This document shows positions 1 to 7,931 of a stretch of DNA of 58,438 nucleotides, in pieces (within the stretch, counting starts at the first letter, position 1; each line of letters starts with the position of its first letter). The DNA comes from a virus: the IMG/VR virus record IMGVR_UViG_3300045988_075769, positions 1 to 58,438 of that record, one strand, 5' to 3'. The notes under the pieces were generated by a model, which saw only the letters and a program-made list of their open reading frames with translations, had not been told where the DNA came from and searched no databases. Made by a program: the position numbers and the translations under genes.

Positions 1-47
1 CGCCGGACAGCTGCCGCAGCCCTTCTGGCTCGGTGCTGCCTGTGGCG
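1..47. repeat. Terminal direct repeat, left copy
   Basis: The 47-mer cgccggacag...cctgtggcg is identical to 58392..58438. The window is therefore a circularly closed (or terminally redundant) unit of 58,391 bp. Confidence 0.95.
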
Positions 48-266
48 GCGGCTCGTGTAGTCTTTCCGCCAGCGTTGCAAGGGCTTAATGCAGAACAGAT
101 AAAAGCTGTGATAAAACGTGCGCCGCTTGGGAGGTATGACCGGAAAATCGCCCGGTTGCGGTACGTTGACCAGCTATGTCAAGTTGATATTGCAGCGCGT
201 GTGCCGTATTGTCGGACATCAATCGGCAATAGGCTGAAAATTATTGACAAAACGCTTGGCGTGTGA
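33..266 (+). CDS. Small HTH protein, sigma-70 region-4-like (candidate late-gene regulator)
   Basis: 77-aa ORF with a GTG start. RLRYVDQLCQVDIAARVPYCRTSIGNRLKIIDKTL resembles a region 4.2 HTH. A terminator follows at 333-370, and the 5' end overlaps the wrap-around ORF 58297->88. Confidence 0.5.
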   Translation: MLPVAAARVVFPPALQGLNAEQIKAVIKRAPLGRYDRKIARLRYVDQLCQVDIAARVPYCRTSIGNRLKIIDKTLGV

Positions 267-332
267 TATAATATTCTTATAATCTAAGTGTATGTAGGAC
301 ACATATTTGAAGCTGATTCTACAAACGCAACA

Positions 333-370
333 AAGCGGCAGGCTATTCCAGAGCTTGCCGCTTTTATTTT
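333..370 (+). terminator. Rho-independent terminator
   Basis: AAGCGGCA(333-340) pairs with TGCCGCTT(356-363), followed by the run TTTTATTTTT. Confidence 0.7.
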
Positions 371-526
371 TGCACGATTTGTGGTATAATAATCTTAACA
401 AATCCACCCGGCCTATCGGAGAAGCGCATTAGGGCGGATATTTGAAAGGCTCCGGCCTTTGTAGAGAGCGGCATTGCCTGTGGGCAGTTCCGCTCTTGAT
501 TTTAGACTTTTCCGTTTTAGCAGCAC

Positions 527-564
527 AAAACCCCCGGTGTTCCGTTTGGAGCATCGGGGGTTTT
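527..564. terminator. Bidirectional hairpin terminator
   Basis: AAAACCCCCG(527-536) pairs with CGGGGGTTTT(555-564). A/T runs flank both sides, and it sits just downstream of minus gene 570-731. Confidence 0.65.
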
Positions 565-569
565 GCTGT

Positions 570-731
570 TTATACAATTCCGTATTTGTGCGCATACTCA
601 AGCAATTTCTTTTTTGCCCTTTCGTGGATATCCTTGGTTTTTTCACAAGGGTTTTGAGTGTAAGTGTAAAAACTTTCTTCTTCAAGATCAGAAAGAAAAT
701 CCAAAACCTTTTGATCAAATAACTCGTTCAT
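570..731 (-). CDS. Hypothetical small acidic protein (53 aa)
   Basis: ATG at 731 is preceded by GGAGG on the minus strand. The longer ORF reaching 815 has no RBS. Confidence 0.5.
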   Translation of the reverse strand: MNELFDQKVLDFLSDLEEESFYTYTQNPCEKTKDIHERAKKKLLEYAHKYGIV

Positions 732-770
732 AATGGTCCTCCAATATTTTGTTTTCCTTGCTGTGATTAT

Positions 771-876
771 AGTATAGCACTGTTTATAGTGTATGTAAAT
801 TGACATTTTCGACAATGTTTACAGTGCTCCATTGTGCATATTTGGCATTATAAACAGTGCTTTTTTGTGCTATACT
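771..876. promoter_or_regulatory. Mirror-symmetric divergent promoter/operator region
   Basis: GTGCTATACT at 867-876 and its reverse complement at 771-780 give outward-facing -10 TATACT boxes. ACAGTGCT occurs at 821-828 and 854-861, with an inverted copy at 776-783. Confidence 0.5.
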
Positions 877-905
877 AAAGAAAACGAAACGGGGGGGTAT
901 CTTTT

Positions 906-1091
906 ATGATTTCTGAAAAGAAAAAAGCATCCAATGCCAAATGGGACAAGAAAAACATGACAAGCTTGGCTTGCCGCGTAAAAAAGGATTACGCGGAAAA
1001 GTTTAAGGCGGCGTGCGCAGAGGCCGGCACGAGTCCGAATTCCGTATTAAAACAGGCGGTCGAAGAATTTTTGCAGGCGCATACAAAATAA
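906..1091 (+). CDS. Ribbon-helix-helix (CopG/Arc-like) DNA-binding protein
   Basis: 61 aa. MTSLACRVKKDYAEKFKAACAEAGTSPNSVLKQAVEEFL fits a beta-strand/helix/helix RHH pattern. The upstream RBS is GGGGGG. Confidence 0.5.
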   Translation: MISEKKKASNAKWDKKNMTSLACRVKKDYAEKFKAACAEAGTSPNSVLKQAVEEFLQAHTK

Positions 1092-1104
1092 TAGTTTAAA
1101 AGCC

Positions 1105-1147
1105 AAGCGCTCATGCGGATTTTTCCGTGTGGGCGCTTTTCTTTTTT
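1105..1147 (+). terminator. Rho-independent terminator
   Basis: AAGCGC(1105-1110) pairs with GCGCTT(1133-1138), followed by TTTTCTTTTTT. Confidence 0.5.
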
Positions 1148-1221
1148 GTCCTTTGTTGTACCTTCGTTGTCTTTCGCTTTTTGCTGACGCGGTACACTGG
1201 TCACATCAGGAGGGATGCATT

Positions 1222-1740
1222 ATGAGCTATTATCCAACACCCGGAGCACCCTACGTTCCGCAGCAGCCTGTCAATCCTTACGGCGGCATGGGCACGGTAG
1301 GCCTTGCCACTTCCCTGCCAAACACGCAGATGCAGCAAGCACAACCGCAGCGTCCGCAGCCGATGAATGGGCAACAGCCTGTTCAGCAGTCGGCACAGGA
1401 TGGCGGCTGGTTGCTTGGCAGACCTGTTTCTAGCAGGGAAGAATTTTTGGCAATACCGTCCGACCTATACGGCAGACCGACCTACTGCCCCGACCTGCGA
1501 AGCGGCGTGATCTACTGCAAGCGGCTGAACCCGGACACCTGTGAATCCTATGTACAGGAGTTTTACAGCCCGGAAGCGTGGCGGCAGATACAAGCGCAAC
1601 AGGCACAGCAGACCGCTGCACCGACACAGCAGTATGTGCCTGTTGAAGAGTATAACGCCCTCGTCCACAGGCTGGATGAACTGGAAAAGTGGCAGAAAAG
1701 CTTTTCTAAGCCCGCTGCCGCAACGAAGAAAGGAGAATAA
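1222..1740 (+). CDS. Hypothetical Q/P-rich protein
   Basis: ATG at 1222 follows AGGAGG (1208-1213). The N-terminal half is P/Q-rich low complexity and the C-terminal part contains Cys residues. Confidence 0.6.
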   Translation: MSYYPTPGAPYVPQQPVNPYGGMGTVGLATSLPNTQMQQAQPQRPQPMNGQQPVQQSAQDGGWLLGRPVSSREEFLAIPSDLYGRPTYCPDLRSGVIYCKRLNPDTCESYVQEFYSPEAWRQIQAQQAQQTAAPTQQYVPVEEYNALVHRLDELEKWQKSFSKPAAATKKGE

Positions 1741-1742
1741 CA

Positions 1743-1994
1743 ATGCCCTCTCCGTTTGATATGATTACGCACAGCCCCATCATGCAGCTTGCAAATCTGG
1801 CTCGCGCCGGGCAGAACCCAATGGGGCTTATCCAGCAGTTAAGCGGGCAGAATGCCCCCATCATGCAGGGTTTGAACTTGATTCAGGGCAAAAACGAAGC
1901 ACAGCTCCGAACGATGGCGCAGAACCTCGCCAAAGAGCGTGGCATTGACCTGAACCAGCTGGCAAGCGTCCTGAACCTGACGCTGCCCCGGTAA
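1743..1994 (+). CDS. Hypothetical protein (83 aa)
   Basis: ORF starts 2 nt after the previous stop, on the same strand within the same block. Confidence 0.55.
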   Translation: MPSPFDMITHSPIMQLANLARAGQNPMGLIQQLSGQNAPIMQGLNLIQGKNEAQLRTMAQNLAKERGIDLNQLASVLNLTLPR

Positions 1995-2116
1995 AGCATC
2001 CCTCTAAGCGAAACGCTTCTCAGTCTTGCGGACTTGATAAAAACCGCTTTTATCTGGCTTCGCCCATCGCACACGGCGGTGGGATAGCATAACGCAAAAC
2101 TGAAAGGAGTTTTGTT

Positions 2117-2989
2117 ATGGACGATTTTGCAACTGGCTATCTGGCTGGGCAGGACGGCGGTAATAACAACGGCGGATTCTTCGGCAACGAGGGTCTGTGG
2201 GCGGTTATCATCCTCGCCATCATCTTCGGCTGGGGCAACTACGGCAACGGGCGCAACGGCAGCGACAACGGTATGGCGAGCTACATCCCGTATCTTGTAG
2301 GCACCGGAGCAAGCGGTCAGGGCGGCGCAGACACCCGTGCGGCACTGTCTGAGGGCTTCTCCCAGCAGGATACCTCCCGTTCTCTGGCGGGCATCCAGAG
2401 CGGCATCTGCTCTCTGGGCTATGACCAGCTGGCACAGATGAACACCCTCAACGCTGCCATTGCGGGCGGCTTTGCTGGTACTAATCAAGCAATCTGTCAG
2501 CTCGGCTACCAGAACGCACAGCTCGTGAACGGTCTGGAACGCAGCGTGTCCAACGGTGACAACGCCATCAGCCTTGCCATCATGCAGGAGGGCAACGCGC
2601 GGCAGGCGGGTCAGACCGCTATCCAGACGCAGCTTGCGTCTTGCTGCTGCGAGAACAAGCAGCTCATCGGCGACCTGAAGTACACCATTGCACAGCAGGA
2701 CTGCGCTACCCGTCAGGCTATCGCAGACAACGCTCGTGCCATCGTGGACAACTGCAACGCCAACTTCCGCAGCATGATGGACTACTTCACGCAGGATAAG
2801 ATCGCCACTCTGACCGCTGAGAACCAGAGCCTGAAGTTTGCCGCTTCTCAGGATCGTCAGAATGCGCTTCTGACCACTGTGATGTCCCAGCAGACCGATA
2901 CCATCCTGAACCGGGTCAATCCTCGTCCGATTCCCGCTTATCAGGTGGCAAACCCCAACGTTGGCGTGAACTGCTGCGGCTGCTGCTAA
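2117..2989 (+). CDS. Cysteine-rich membrane protein ending in CCGCC
   Basis: RBS AAAGGAG. G/N-rich N-terminus, one TM helix (LWAVIILAIIFGWG) and 11 Cys, including the CCC and C-terminal NCCGCC motifs. Confidence 0.7.
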   Translation: MDDFATGYLAGQDGGNNNGGFFGNEGLWAVIILAIIFGWGNYGNGRNGSDNGMASYIPYLVGTGASGQGGADTRAALSEGFSQQDTSRSLAGIQSGICSLGYDQLAQMNTLNAAIAGGFAGTNQAICQLGYQNAQLVNGLERSVSNGDNAISLAIMQEGNARQAGQTAIQTQLASCCCENKQLIGDLKYTIAQQDCATRQAIADNARAIVDNCNANFRSMMDYFTQDKIATLTAENQSLKFAASQDRQNALLTTVMSQQTDTILNRVNPRPIPAYQVANPNVGVNCCGCC

Positions 2990-3074
2990 CCTACACACTC
3001 CCCGATAACACCGGGTGAACCATCGGGGCAGGGGTAAGACACCTCTGCCCCTGATTTTTTAGGAGGAAAATACT

Positions 3075-3446
3075 ATGGCTTGCAAAACAAGCTGCAAACT
3101 CTGCCCGCACTTGGTCATCAGTCAGGCAGTCACGTTTGCCGACGATACTCTGACCATCAACATCCCTGCTGGCGCATACCAGAACGGAGAGAAGTATTGC
3201 ATCGTGGTTGCCCAGAGCATCCCGGACACAACCACCATCAACGCCCCTGTGGTCATTACTATCGGTGCAGGCACGACCGCATACCCTCTGACCGACTGCA
3301 ACTGCGCTCAGGCGACCGCCGAGAGCATCCACACCCGCACCCGCTACGCTACCCGCGTTGCAACGTCTGCGACCGGCACCGGCACGTTCAAATATCTGGG
3401 CTGCTTCTGCCGCTCTCACGCTGGTGCGCCTGCGTCCATTTCTTGA
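3075..3446 (+). CDS. Small Cys-rich beta-rich protein with Cys clusters at both termini
   Basis: RBS AGGAGG. 123 aa with an N-terminal MACKTSCKLC and a C-terminal YLGCFCRSH around a T/V/I/A-rich core. Confidence 0.65.
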   Translation: MACKTSCKLCPHLVISQAVTFADDTLTINIPAGAYQNGEKYCIVVAQSIPDTTTINAPVVITIGAGTTAYPLTDCNCAQATAESIHTRTRYATRVATSATGTGTFKYLGCFCRSHAGAPASIS

Positions 3447-3459
3447 GGAGGTATAGATT

Positions 3460-4098
3460 ATGGGCAAGACTAATTTTCGCCGCATGATGATGCTCCGTGA
3501 CCACGACAAAAACCGTGAGCCGGAACGTGACCGCCTTGAGGAAGAACGTGACCGCAGGGAGCGTGAGATGGAACGCCGTCTGCGTAAGCTGGAAAGCGGC
3601 AACGACCGCTATCCTTACTATCCGCAGGAGGAGAACCGCTACATTGACCCCTACCCTATCCCCCGCTACCCTGACGTTGAGTATGGGCGCAAGATGCCGC
3701 AGATTGGCTTCTCGCAGAGCGGAGACTGGGACAAGCGGTCTGGACAGTATGAGCATGGCGGTGCGGACAGCCGCTCCATCAAGATGCCACGCAAGCACCT
3801 CACCCACGATGAAGCGGAAGAATGGTGCGACAGCATGGTGAACGCTGACGGCACTAAAGGCTGTCACTGGACACTGGAACAGACACAGGACGTTGCCAAA
3901 CAGCGCAATATCACCTGTGACCCGAACGATTTCTGGGCTGTCATGAACATGATGTACTCGGATTATTGCCAAGTCGCAAAGCGCCAGTCCGTTGACACTC
4001 CGGGCTTCTACGCTGACATGGCAAAAGCGTTCCTTGATGACACGGATGCCGCAGATGGTAAGGCGTATCTCTACTGGGATTGCATTACTGATAAGTAA
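3460..4098 (+). CDS. Hypothetical protein with a charged R/E/D N-terminus and a Cys-containing C-terminal domain
   Basis: RBS GAGGAGG. 212 aa, beginning REPERDRLEEERDRREREMERRLRK, followed by a globular C-terminal region. Confidence 0.65.
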   Translation: MGKTNFRRMMMLRDHDKNREPERDRLEEERDRREREMERRLRKLESGNDRYPYYPQEENRYIDPYPIPRYPDVEYGRKMPQIGFSQSGDWDKRSGQYEHGGADSRSIKMPRKHLTHDEAEEWCDSMVNADGTKGCHWTLEQTQDVAKQRNITCDPNDFWAVMNMMYSDYCQVAKRQSVDTPGFYADMAKAFLDDTDAADGKAYLYWDCITDK

Positions 4099-4102
4099 AA
4101 CA

Positions 4103-4146
4103 GAACCCCTGTACAGCCTTGATTGGTTGCACAGGGGTTTGTTCTT
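4103..4146. terminator. Bidirectional terminator between convergent blocks
   Basis: GAACCCCTGT(4103-4112) pairs with ACAGGGGTTT(4131-4140), followed by a T-rich run. Confidence 0.7.
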
Positions 4147-4559
4147 TAGCAAGTTCCGGTATCTCCGATTTTTTGCATAGTGCTTTTAAGATTTGGCACA
4201 TCTTCTTCCGGCATTTTACGTTTGATACCAATAATCGCTTGCGTGATTCCCGCTTTATTTAACTGGTTTACAGACTTACGAAATACAAAATCAATGTTCA
4301 TATTTGTCTTGATTGTTCCGTCATCTTCAAGATAACAGTTTGGAATCCACACGTTTTGATTGCTTCCGTTGATTTTGAAACGCTTTGCTTTGTAGCAACC
4401 GTAGTCCTCTCTTACAATCAGCTCAACAGGAATACCCTTGTAATACTGCGTGTCAGTATTGTACTCTTCAGCCAGTTTTGCTTTACGTTTTGCTACCTCT
4501 GCGTTTATTTTAGCTTGTTCCTCTTTGCTTCTGTGCTTGTGTGGCTTATATGTGCGCAT
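4146..4559 (-). CDS. Hypothetical protein (137 aa), last gene of the rep-par operon
   Basis: ATG at 4559 is preceded by GGAGAG. The 180-aa ORF extension upstream has no RBS. Confidence 0.6.
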   Translation of the reverse strand: MRTYKPHKHRSKEEQAKINAEVAKRKAKLAEEYNTDTQYYKGIPVELIVREDYGCYKAKRFKINGSNQNVWIPNCYLEDDGTIKTNMNIDFVFRKSVNQLNKAGITQAIIGIKRKMPEEDVPNLKSTMQKIGDTGTC

Positions 4560-4578
4560 TTTTCTCTCCTCACATAAA

Positions 4579-4848
4579 TTATTTTTCTTTTGTGTAGTAC
4601 AATTCCATATCTTCCTTGTACATATCAAGTTGTCTTTTGCTATCCATAAGTGTGTTAAAACTAATTCCCGCCGTAAAAGATACAGCAATGGACAAAATCA
4701 AGTGCGTTGCAACCCATTTACCAGCAAAGATAAACGGAATCTGAACTGCTACGGCAAAAGCATCGAGCAAAAGAACGTAAATGCCATGTTTAACCATTTT
4801 CTGTAAACGGATAATACTTCCTTCGTAAAATTCCTTCGACCTCATCAT
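4579..4848 (-). CDS. Small membrane protein (2 predicted TM helices)
   Basis: 89 aa with hydrophobic stretches GIYVLLLDAFAVAVQIPFIFAG and THLILSIAVSFTAGISF. It starts 3 nt after the AAA+ gene stop. Confidence 0.6.
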   Translation of the reverse strand: MMRSKEFYEGSIIRLQKMVKHGIYVLLLDAFAVAVQIPFIFAGKWVATHLILSIAVSFTAGISFNTLMDSKRQLDMYKEDMELYYTKEK

Positions 4849-4851
4849 GCG

Positions 4852-5733
4852 TCAATTCTCCAAGAAATCCTCTTGATTCAGAACTTGATTTACAATTCGT
4901 TCTGTACATTCTTTAATAACAGTAGATGCTGGGACGTGATCTTCATAAGCTATGTTTTCATATTGTGCTCCTGCATATTCAAAGAACCTTTTGGAAAGTA
5001 TTTCTGCATCCGCACGGCACAACGGCTTTAATTCGTATTGCAACGGAAATCTTCTTGTAAGCGCAGGGTCAATCCTATCAAATCGGTTTGTTGTTCCGAT
5101 AATGATGACATTGTTCGGCAATCTATCCATTTCTTGCATAATCGCAATAACAACACGGTTCATTTCCCCAACGTCATCTTTTTGCCCACGAGCCATTCCG
5201 ACCGCATCTATTTCATCAAAACAAAGAACGCAAGGAACGGTTCTCACATAATCAAAAATTCTTGCAAGGTTAGATTGTGTTTGTCCTAAGTGCGAATCAA
5301 CTAGACTTGAAAATTGAATCCTCAAAAACGGAAGTTTTGCTTTATGTGCGATATACCTAGCCAGCATGGTTTTTCCACATCCGCTTTGCCCATAGAGCAT
5401 CAATGCCGGCAAATAAGGAATGCCCATTTCATTCAATTTTTCAGATGCTCGATAAATGGCAACAGTTTTCTGCGTTATACTTTTTTCTTCGTTCCTAAGA
5501 AGGAATCTTGCTTCCGGAAATTCTTCTGTATCCTCTGCGATCAAAAGATGCTGTAAGTTATATGGCAATTCAATAAATTCTCTTTTGCTTTCCAACTTGC
5601 GAAGCATATTTTCTTTAAACCGCTCATCTTTTTTGGATGATATGGAATTCAAAATGGTTTTAACGGCTTTTTGCGCGTTTCGCATATCTCCATCGCAAAC
5701 AAATCGAATAAGGCATCGTTCACTATCATTCAT
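4852..5733 (-). CDS. AAA+ ATPase (classic clade)
   Basis: Walker A GQSGCGKT, Walker B VLCFDEID, sensor-1 IIGTTN and Arg residues PALTRRF. The start overlaps the upstream RHH gene stop by 8 nt. Confidence 0.85.
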   Translation of the reverse strand: MNDSERCLIRFVCDGDMRNAQKAVKTILNSISSKKDERFKENMLRKLESKREFIELPYNLQHLLIAEDTEEFPEARFLLRNEEKSITQKTVAIYRASEKLNEMGIPYLPALMLYGQSGCGKTMLARYIAHKAKLPFLRIQFSSLVDSHLGQTQSNLARIFDYVRTVPCVLCFDEIDAVGMARGQKDDVGEMNRVVIAIMQEMDRLPNNVIIIGTTNRFDRIDPALTRRFPLQYELKPLCRADAEILSKRFFEYAGAQYENIAYEDHVPASTVIKECTERIVNQVLNQEDFLEN

Positions 5734-6298
5734 CTAAGAAATCCTCCAACTCAATCTTCCCTTCTGCCGCCGCCACTGCCAGAGCATACACGAACTGTCC
5801 AATCGTCATTCCGTGCCGTCTTGCTTCACGGTTGATGTACTTGCGCTCTTCCTCGCTCATAAGGATTGTAATGCGTTTTGAACGCTTTCCGTCACCGCTT
5901 GCAACGCCTTGATGCGATTCCGGCATCGGGATTTTTTTCTTTGTCAAACCAGCTTCGGCTAGTGCGCCGGGAACATCACCTTGTTCGATAAGACGTTGAA
6001 CTTCTTTCGCCTGTTTCAGCTTCTTTGGCTTACTTTCGCTGACTATGGCACGGTTTGGCTGTGTTTCGCTGTCTTTGGCTTGCTTCGGCTTAATACTGCT
6101 TAATTCCGCTTCACTTGGCTGTGCATGGCTGTCTGTGGCTTCACTGGGCTTAATCGGTACTTGTTCGGCATTATTCGGCTTTATTTGGCTTACTTCTTCT
6201 TCCTTTGGCTCACTTCGGCTTAATGTCTGCTCCGAAAAAACAGGCTGGAAATCAAAGCCGCCAAGCAAGCCGGATGTTTTTTTGCTGGTTGACTTCAT
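5726..6298 (-). CDS. RHH protein, candidate ParG/omega-like centromere-binding partner of ParA
   Basis: C-terminal KRITILMSEEERKYINREARRHGMTIGQFVYALAVAAA is RHH-like. The N-terminus is a 10-aa-periodic K/P/S/E-rich tail. Confidence 0.55.
   Translation of the reverse strand: MKSTSKKTSGLLGGFDFQPVFSEQTLSRSEPKEEEVSQIKPNNAEQVPIKPSEATDSHAQPSEAELSSIKPKQAKDSETQPNRAIVSESKPKKLKQAKEVQRLIEQGDVPGALAEAGLTKKKIPMPESHQGVASGDGKRSKRITILMSEEERKYINREARRHGMTIGQFVYALAVAAAEGKIELEDFLDE
6011..6230. repeat. About 21 tandem decamers in strict 10-bp phase (NNNNTT[G/C]GCT)
   Basis: Counted directly. 16 of 22 consecutive 10-bp windows from 6011 (16 of the 20 in 6021-6220) end in GCT, 12 of them in GGCT (6030, 6060, 6080, 6090, 6120, 6130, 6140, 6150, 6180, 6190, 6210, 6220). 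Confidence 0.85.
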
Positions 6299-6657
6299 TT
6301 TTCTTTCTCCTTCTTACCGCCTATTCCTAGAACTTTAAGAATTTCTTCCGGGATTCCGCTTGCGGAATTGATTTTTTCTACAATTTCCATCAATTCATCT
6401 TTATTCAGCTGAACGGTTGCTATGTTTTCTTTGGAAGGACTTTCTGGCGCGTCCGTCCAGTATTCTACATCTTGCATATAAAAGTCGGTTTGAATGTTCC
6501 ACCACTGATACTCACCAGTATGAATATTGTAACAATATCTTGCTGTAAGATACGTTCCATATTTCGTATATACTAAAAAAACAAGATTTTCCCTATGATT
6601 GTACGAATCAAGTTTTGGTGGGTCGTATTTCGCACTATGCCATATCCGCTTGTTCAT
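6295..6657 (-). CDS. DUF551-like protein
   Basis: N-terminal WHSAKYDPPKLD ... YWTDAPE pattern is typical of DUF551. Start and stop overlap the neighbouring genes by 4 nt each. Confidence 0.55.
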   Translation of the reverse strand: MNKRIWHSAKYDPPKLDSYNHRENLVFLVYTKYGTYLTARYCYNIHTGEYQWWNIQTDFYMQDVEYWTDAPESPSKENIATVQLNKDELMEIVEKINSASGIPEEILKVLGIGGKKEKEK

Positions 6658-7424
6658 TTTGCATCCCCCTTTACAATCTTCTTTGCTAGTTCTTTGAAAT
6701 CCTCTGCGCTGGTACTCTTTGCCGTGTCACCGCAAAACAGGCTGTGACGCTCTGCCTGTGCCTTGCGAACGCCCATAGACGGTCTAATCTTCACGTCCAA
6801 CAGCCTTGTTCCCATGCTTTGTGCAATCACAGGAAGCTGCTCTACAACCTCTTTGGACAGATTCTCACGGCTCTTGTACTGGTTCAGAAGCAGACCTTCA
6901 ATCTTCAAAGTCGGGTTGAAGTATCTGCGAACGTCACCAATGGTCTGCGAAAGCTGGCTCAAACCAGCAAGTGCATATCGGTCTGCTGTAATGGGCACAA
7001 TGATGCTGTTGGCGGCAATCAGAGCGTTTACAAGCGCAAGACCGAGCTGCGGGGGAGTGTCCAGAACGATGTAATCGTACCGTTCTGACACGGATTCCAG
7101 CGCTTCACGCAGCCGGAAGTTCTTGCCAATGTCCCGGACAAGCTGCTCGTCAATGTCCTTCAATGCGCTGTCTGACGGCAGAATGTCACCAGCTTCACAG
7201 TGCTGTATTCCTTCTTCTACCGTACCCTGCCGGGTCATTACATCAAACAAAGTACACACTTCCTCTGTCTGCGCGCCGTAGGTGTCCGTTGCGTTGCACT
7301 GGGCATCGCAGTCCACCAGCAACACTTTCTTGCCAAGCAACTGCAATGCACCAGCCAGACAGGTGCTTGTGGTAGTCTTTCCTGTGCCGCCCTTCTGGTT
7401 GGCGACAGCTATGATTTTTGCCAT
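6654..7424 (-). CDS. parA: ParA/Soj-type partition ATPase (small, no N-terminal HTH)
   Basis: Deviant Walker A NQKGGTGKTTT, plus LLVDCDAQ and IVLDTPP motifs. 256 aa. Confidence 0.9.
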   Translation of the reverse strand: MAKIIAVANQKGGTGKTTTSTCLAGALQLLGKKVLLVDCDAQCNATDTYGAQTEEVCTLFDVMTRQGTVEEGIQHCEAGDILPSDSALKDIDEQLVRDIGKNFRLREALESVSERYDYIVLDTPPQLGLALVNALIAANSIIVPITADRYALAGLSQLSQTIGDVRRYFNPTLKIEGLLLNQYKSRENLSKEVVEQLPVIAQSMGTRLLDVKIRPSMGVRKAQAERHSLFCGDTAKSTSAEDFKELAKKIVKGDAK

Positions 7425-7426
7425 TT

Positions 7427-7666
7427 TTATTCTCCCCAGTCTATAAAATATCCGTTATAAACAAACTTTTTCGCTGCTTTACCAGCTTCGATTAGAGACT
7501 TCCCGACTTCAATCGCTTCGTCAGGCGTTAGTTCGCTGTAGCTTCTTTGCGGCAAAACCCTTACAGAAGCCTGATTTCCATGATGATTGAACCGAAACTG
7601 ATAATCAAACTTCTTTTCAAGGTCAAGTTCTGCTTTATTCAGAACGGAGTAGGGAACTTTTGCCAT
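7427..7666 (-). CDS. Hypothetical protein (79 aa)
   Basis: In-operon ORF ending 2 nt before the parA start. Confidence 0.55.
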   Translation of the reverse strand: MAKVPYSVLNKAELDLEKKFDYQFRFNHHGNQASVRVLPQRSYSELTPDEAIEVGKSLIEAGKAAKKFVYNGYFIDWGE

Positions 7667-7681
7667 TTTATCACTCTTTCT

Positions 7682-7891
7682 TTATTTTTCTGGTTCTTCA
7701 GGAAGCGGCATCCAATGGGTTACATCTTTTAGAACTTCGTTGTCCTTCCATACATCAACGGAATCCCTTTCCCACCACAACGAACCATATCTTCCTCTTG
7801 CCAAATGCCCAACGTCAATATGCTTTTCCGTAAAAACAATTACATTTTCCCTATAATTTGGCAACTCATCTTTCACACTAATCCATCCCAT
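7682..7891 (-). CDS. DUF551 protein
   Basis: MGWISVKDELP ... THWMPLPEEPE is the canonical DUF551 pattern. ATG at 7891 follows AAAGGAG, and an alternative start lies at 7912. Confidence 0.7.
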   Translation of the reverse strand: MGWISVKDELPNYRENVIVFTEKHIDVGHLARGRYGSLWWERDSVDVWKDNEVLKDVTHWMPLPEEPEK

Positions 7892-7931
7892 TCTTTCTCC
7901 TTTCTGCATCATCTGCTCAATGCGCTACGTC

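Noticed and set aside
1-47. The terminal repeat as a biological LTR or transposon end
   Set aside because: An exact 47-bp overlap with an ORF reading through it is most simply explained as an assembly signature of a circular or circularly permuted molecule. True short terminal redundancy cannot be excluded from sequence alone.
1883-2998. 371-aa minus-strand ORF antisense to the Cys-rich membrane protein gene
   Set aside because: The composition is Arg/Ala/Val/His-rich, typical of an antisense frame in GC-rich coding DNA. It has no RBS. The + strand gene has an RBS, a TM helix and a coherent domain layout.
3388-4152. 254-aa minus-strand ORF antisense to 3460-4098
   Set aside because: Same reasoning: there is no RBS and the composition looks out-of-frame. 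The + strand ORF fits the operon and is followed by a terminator.
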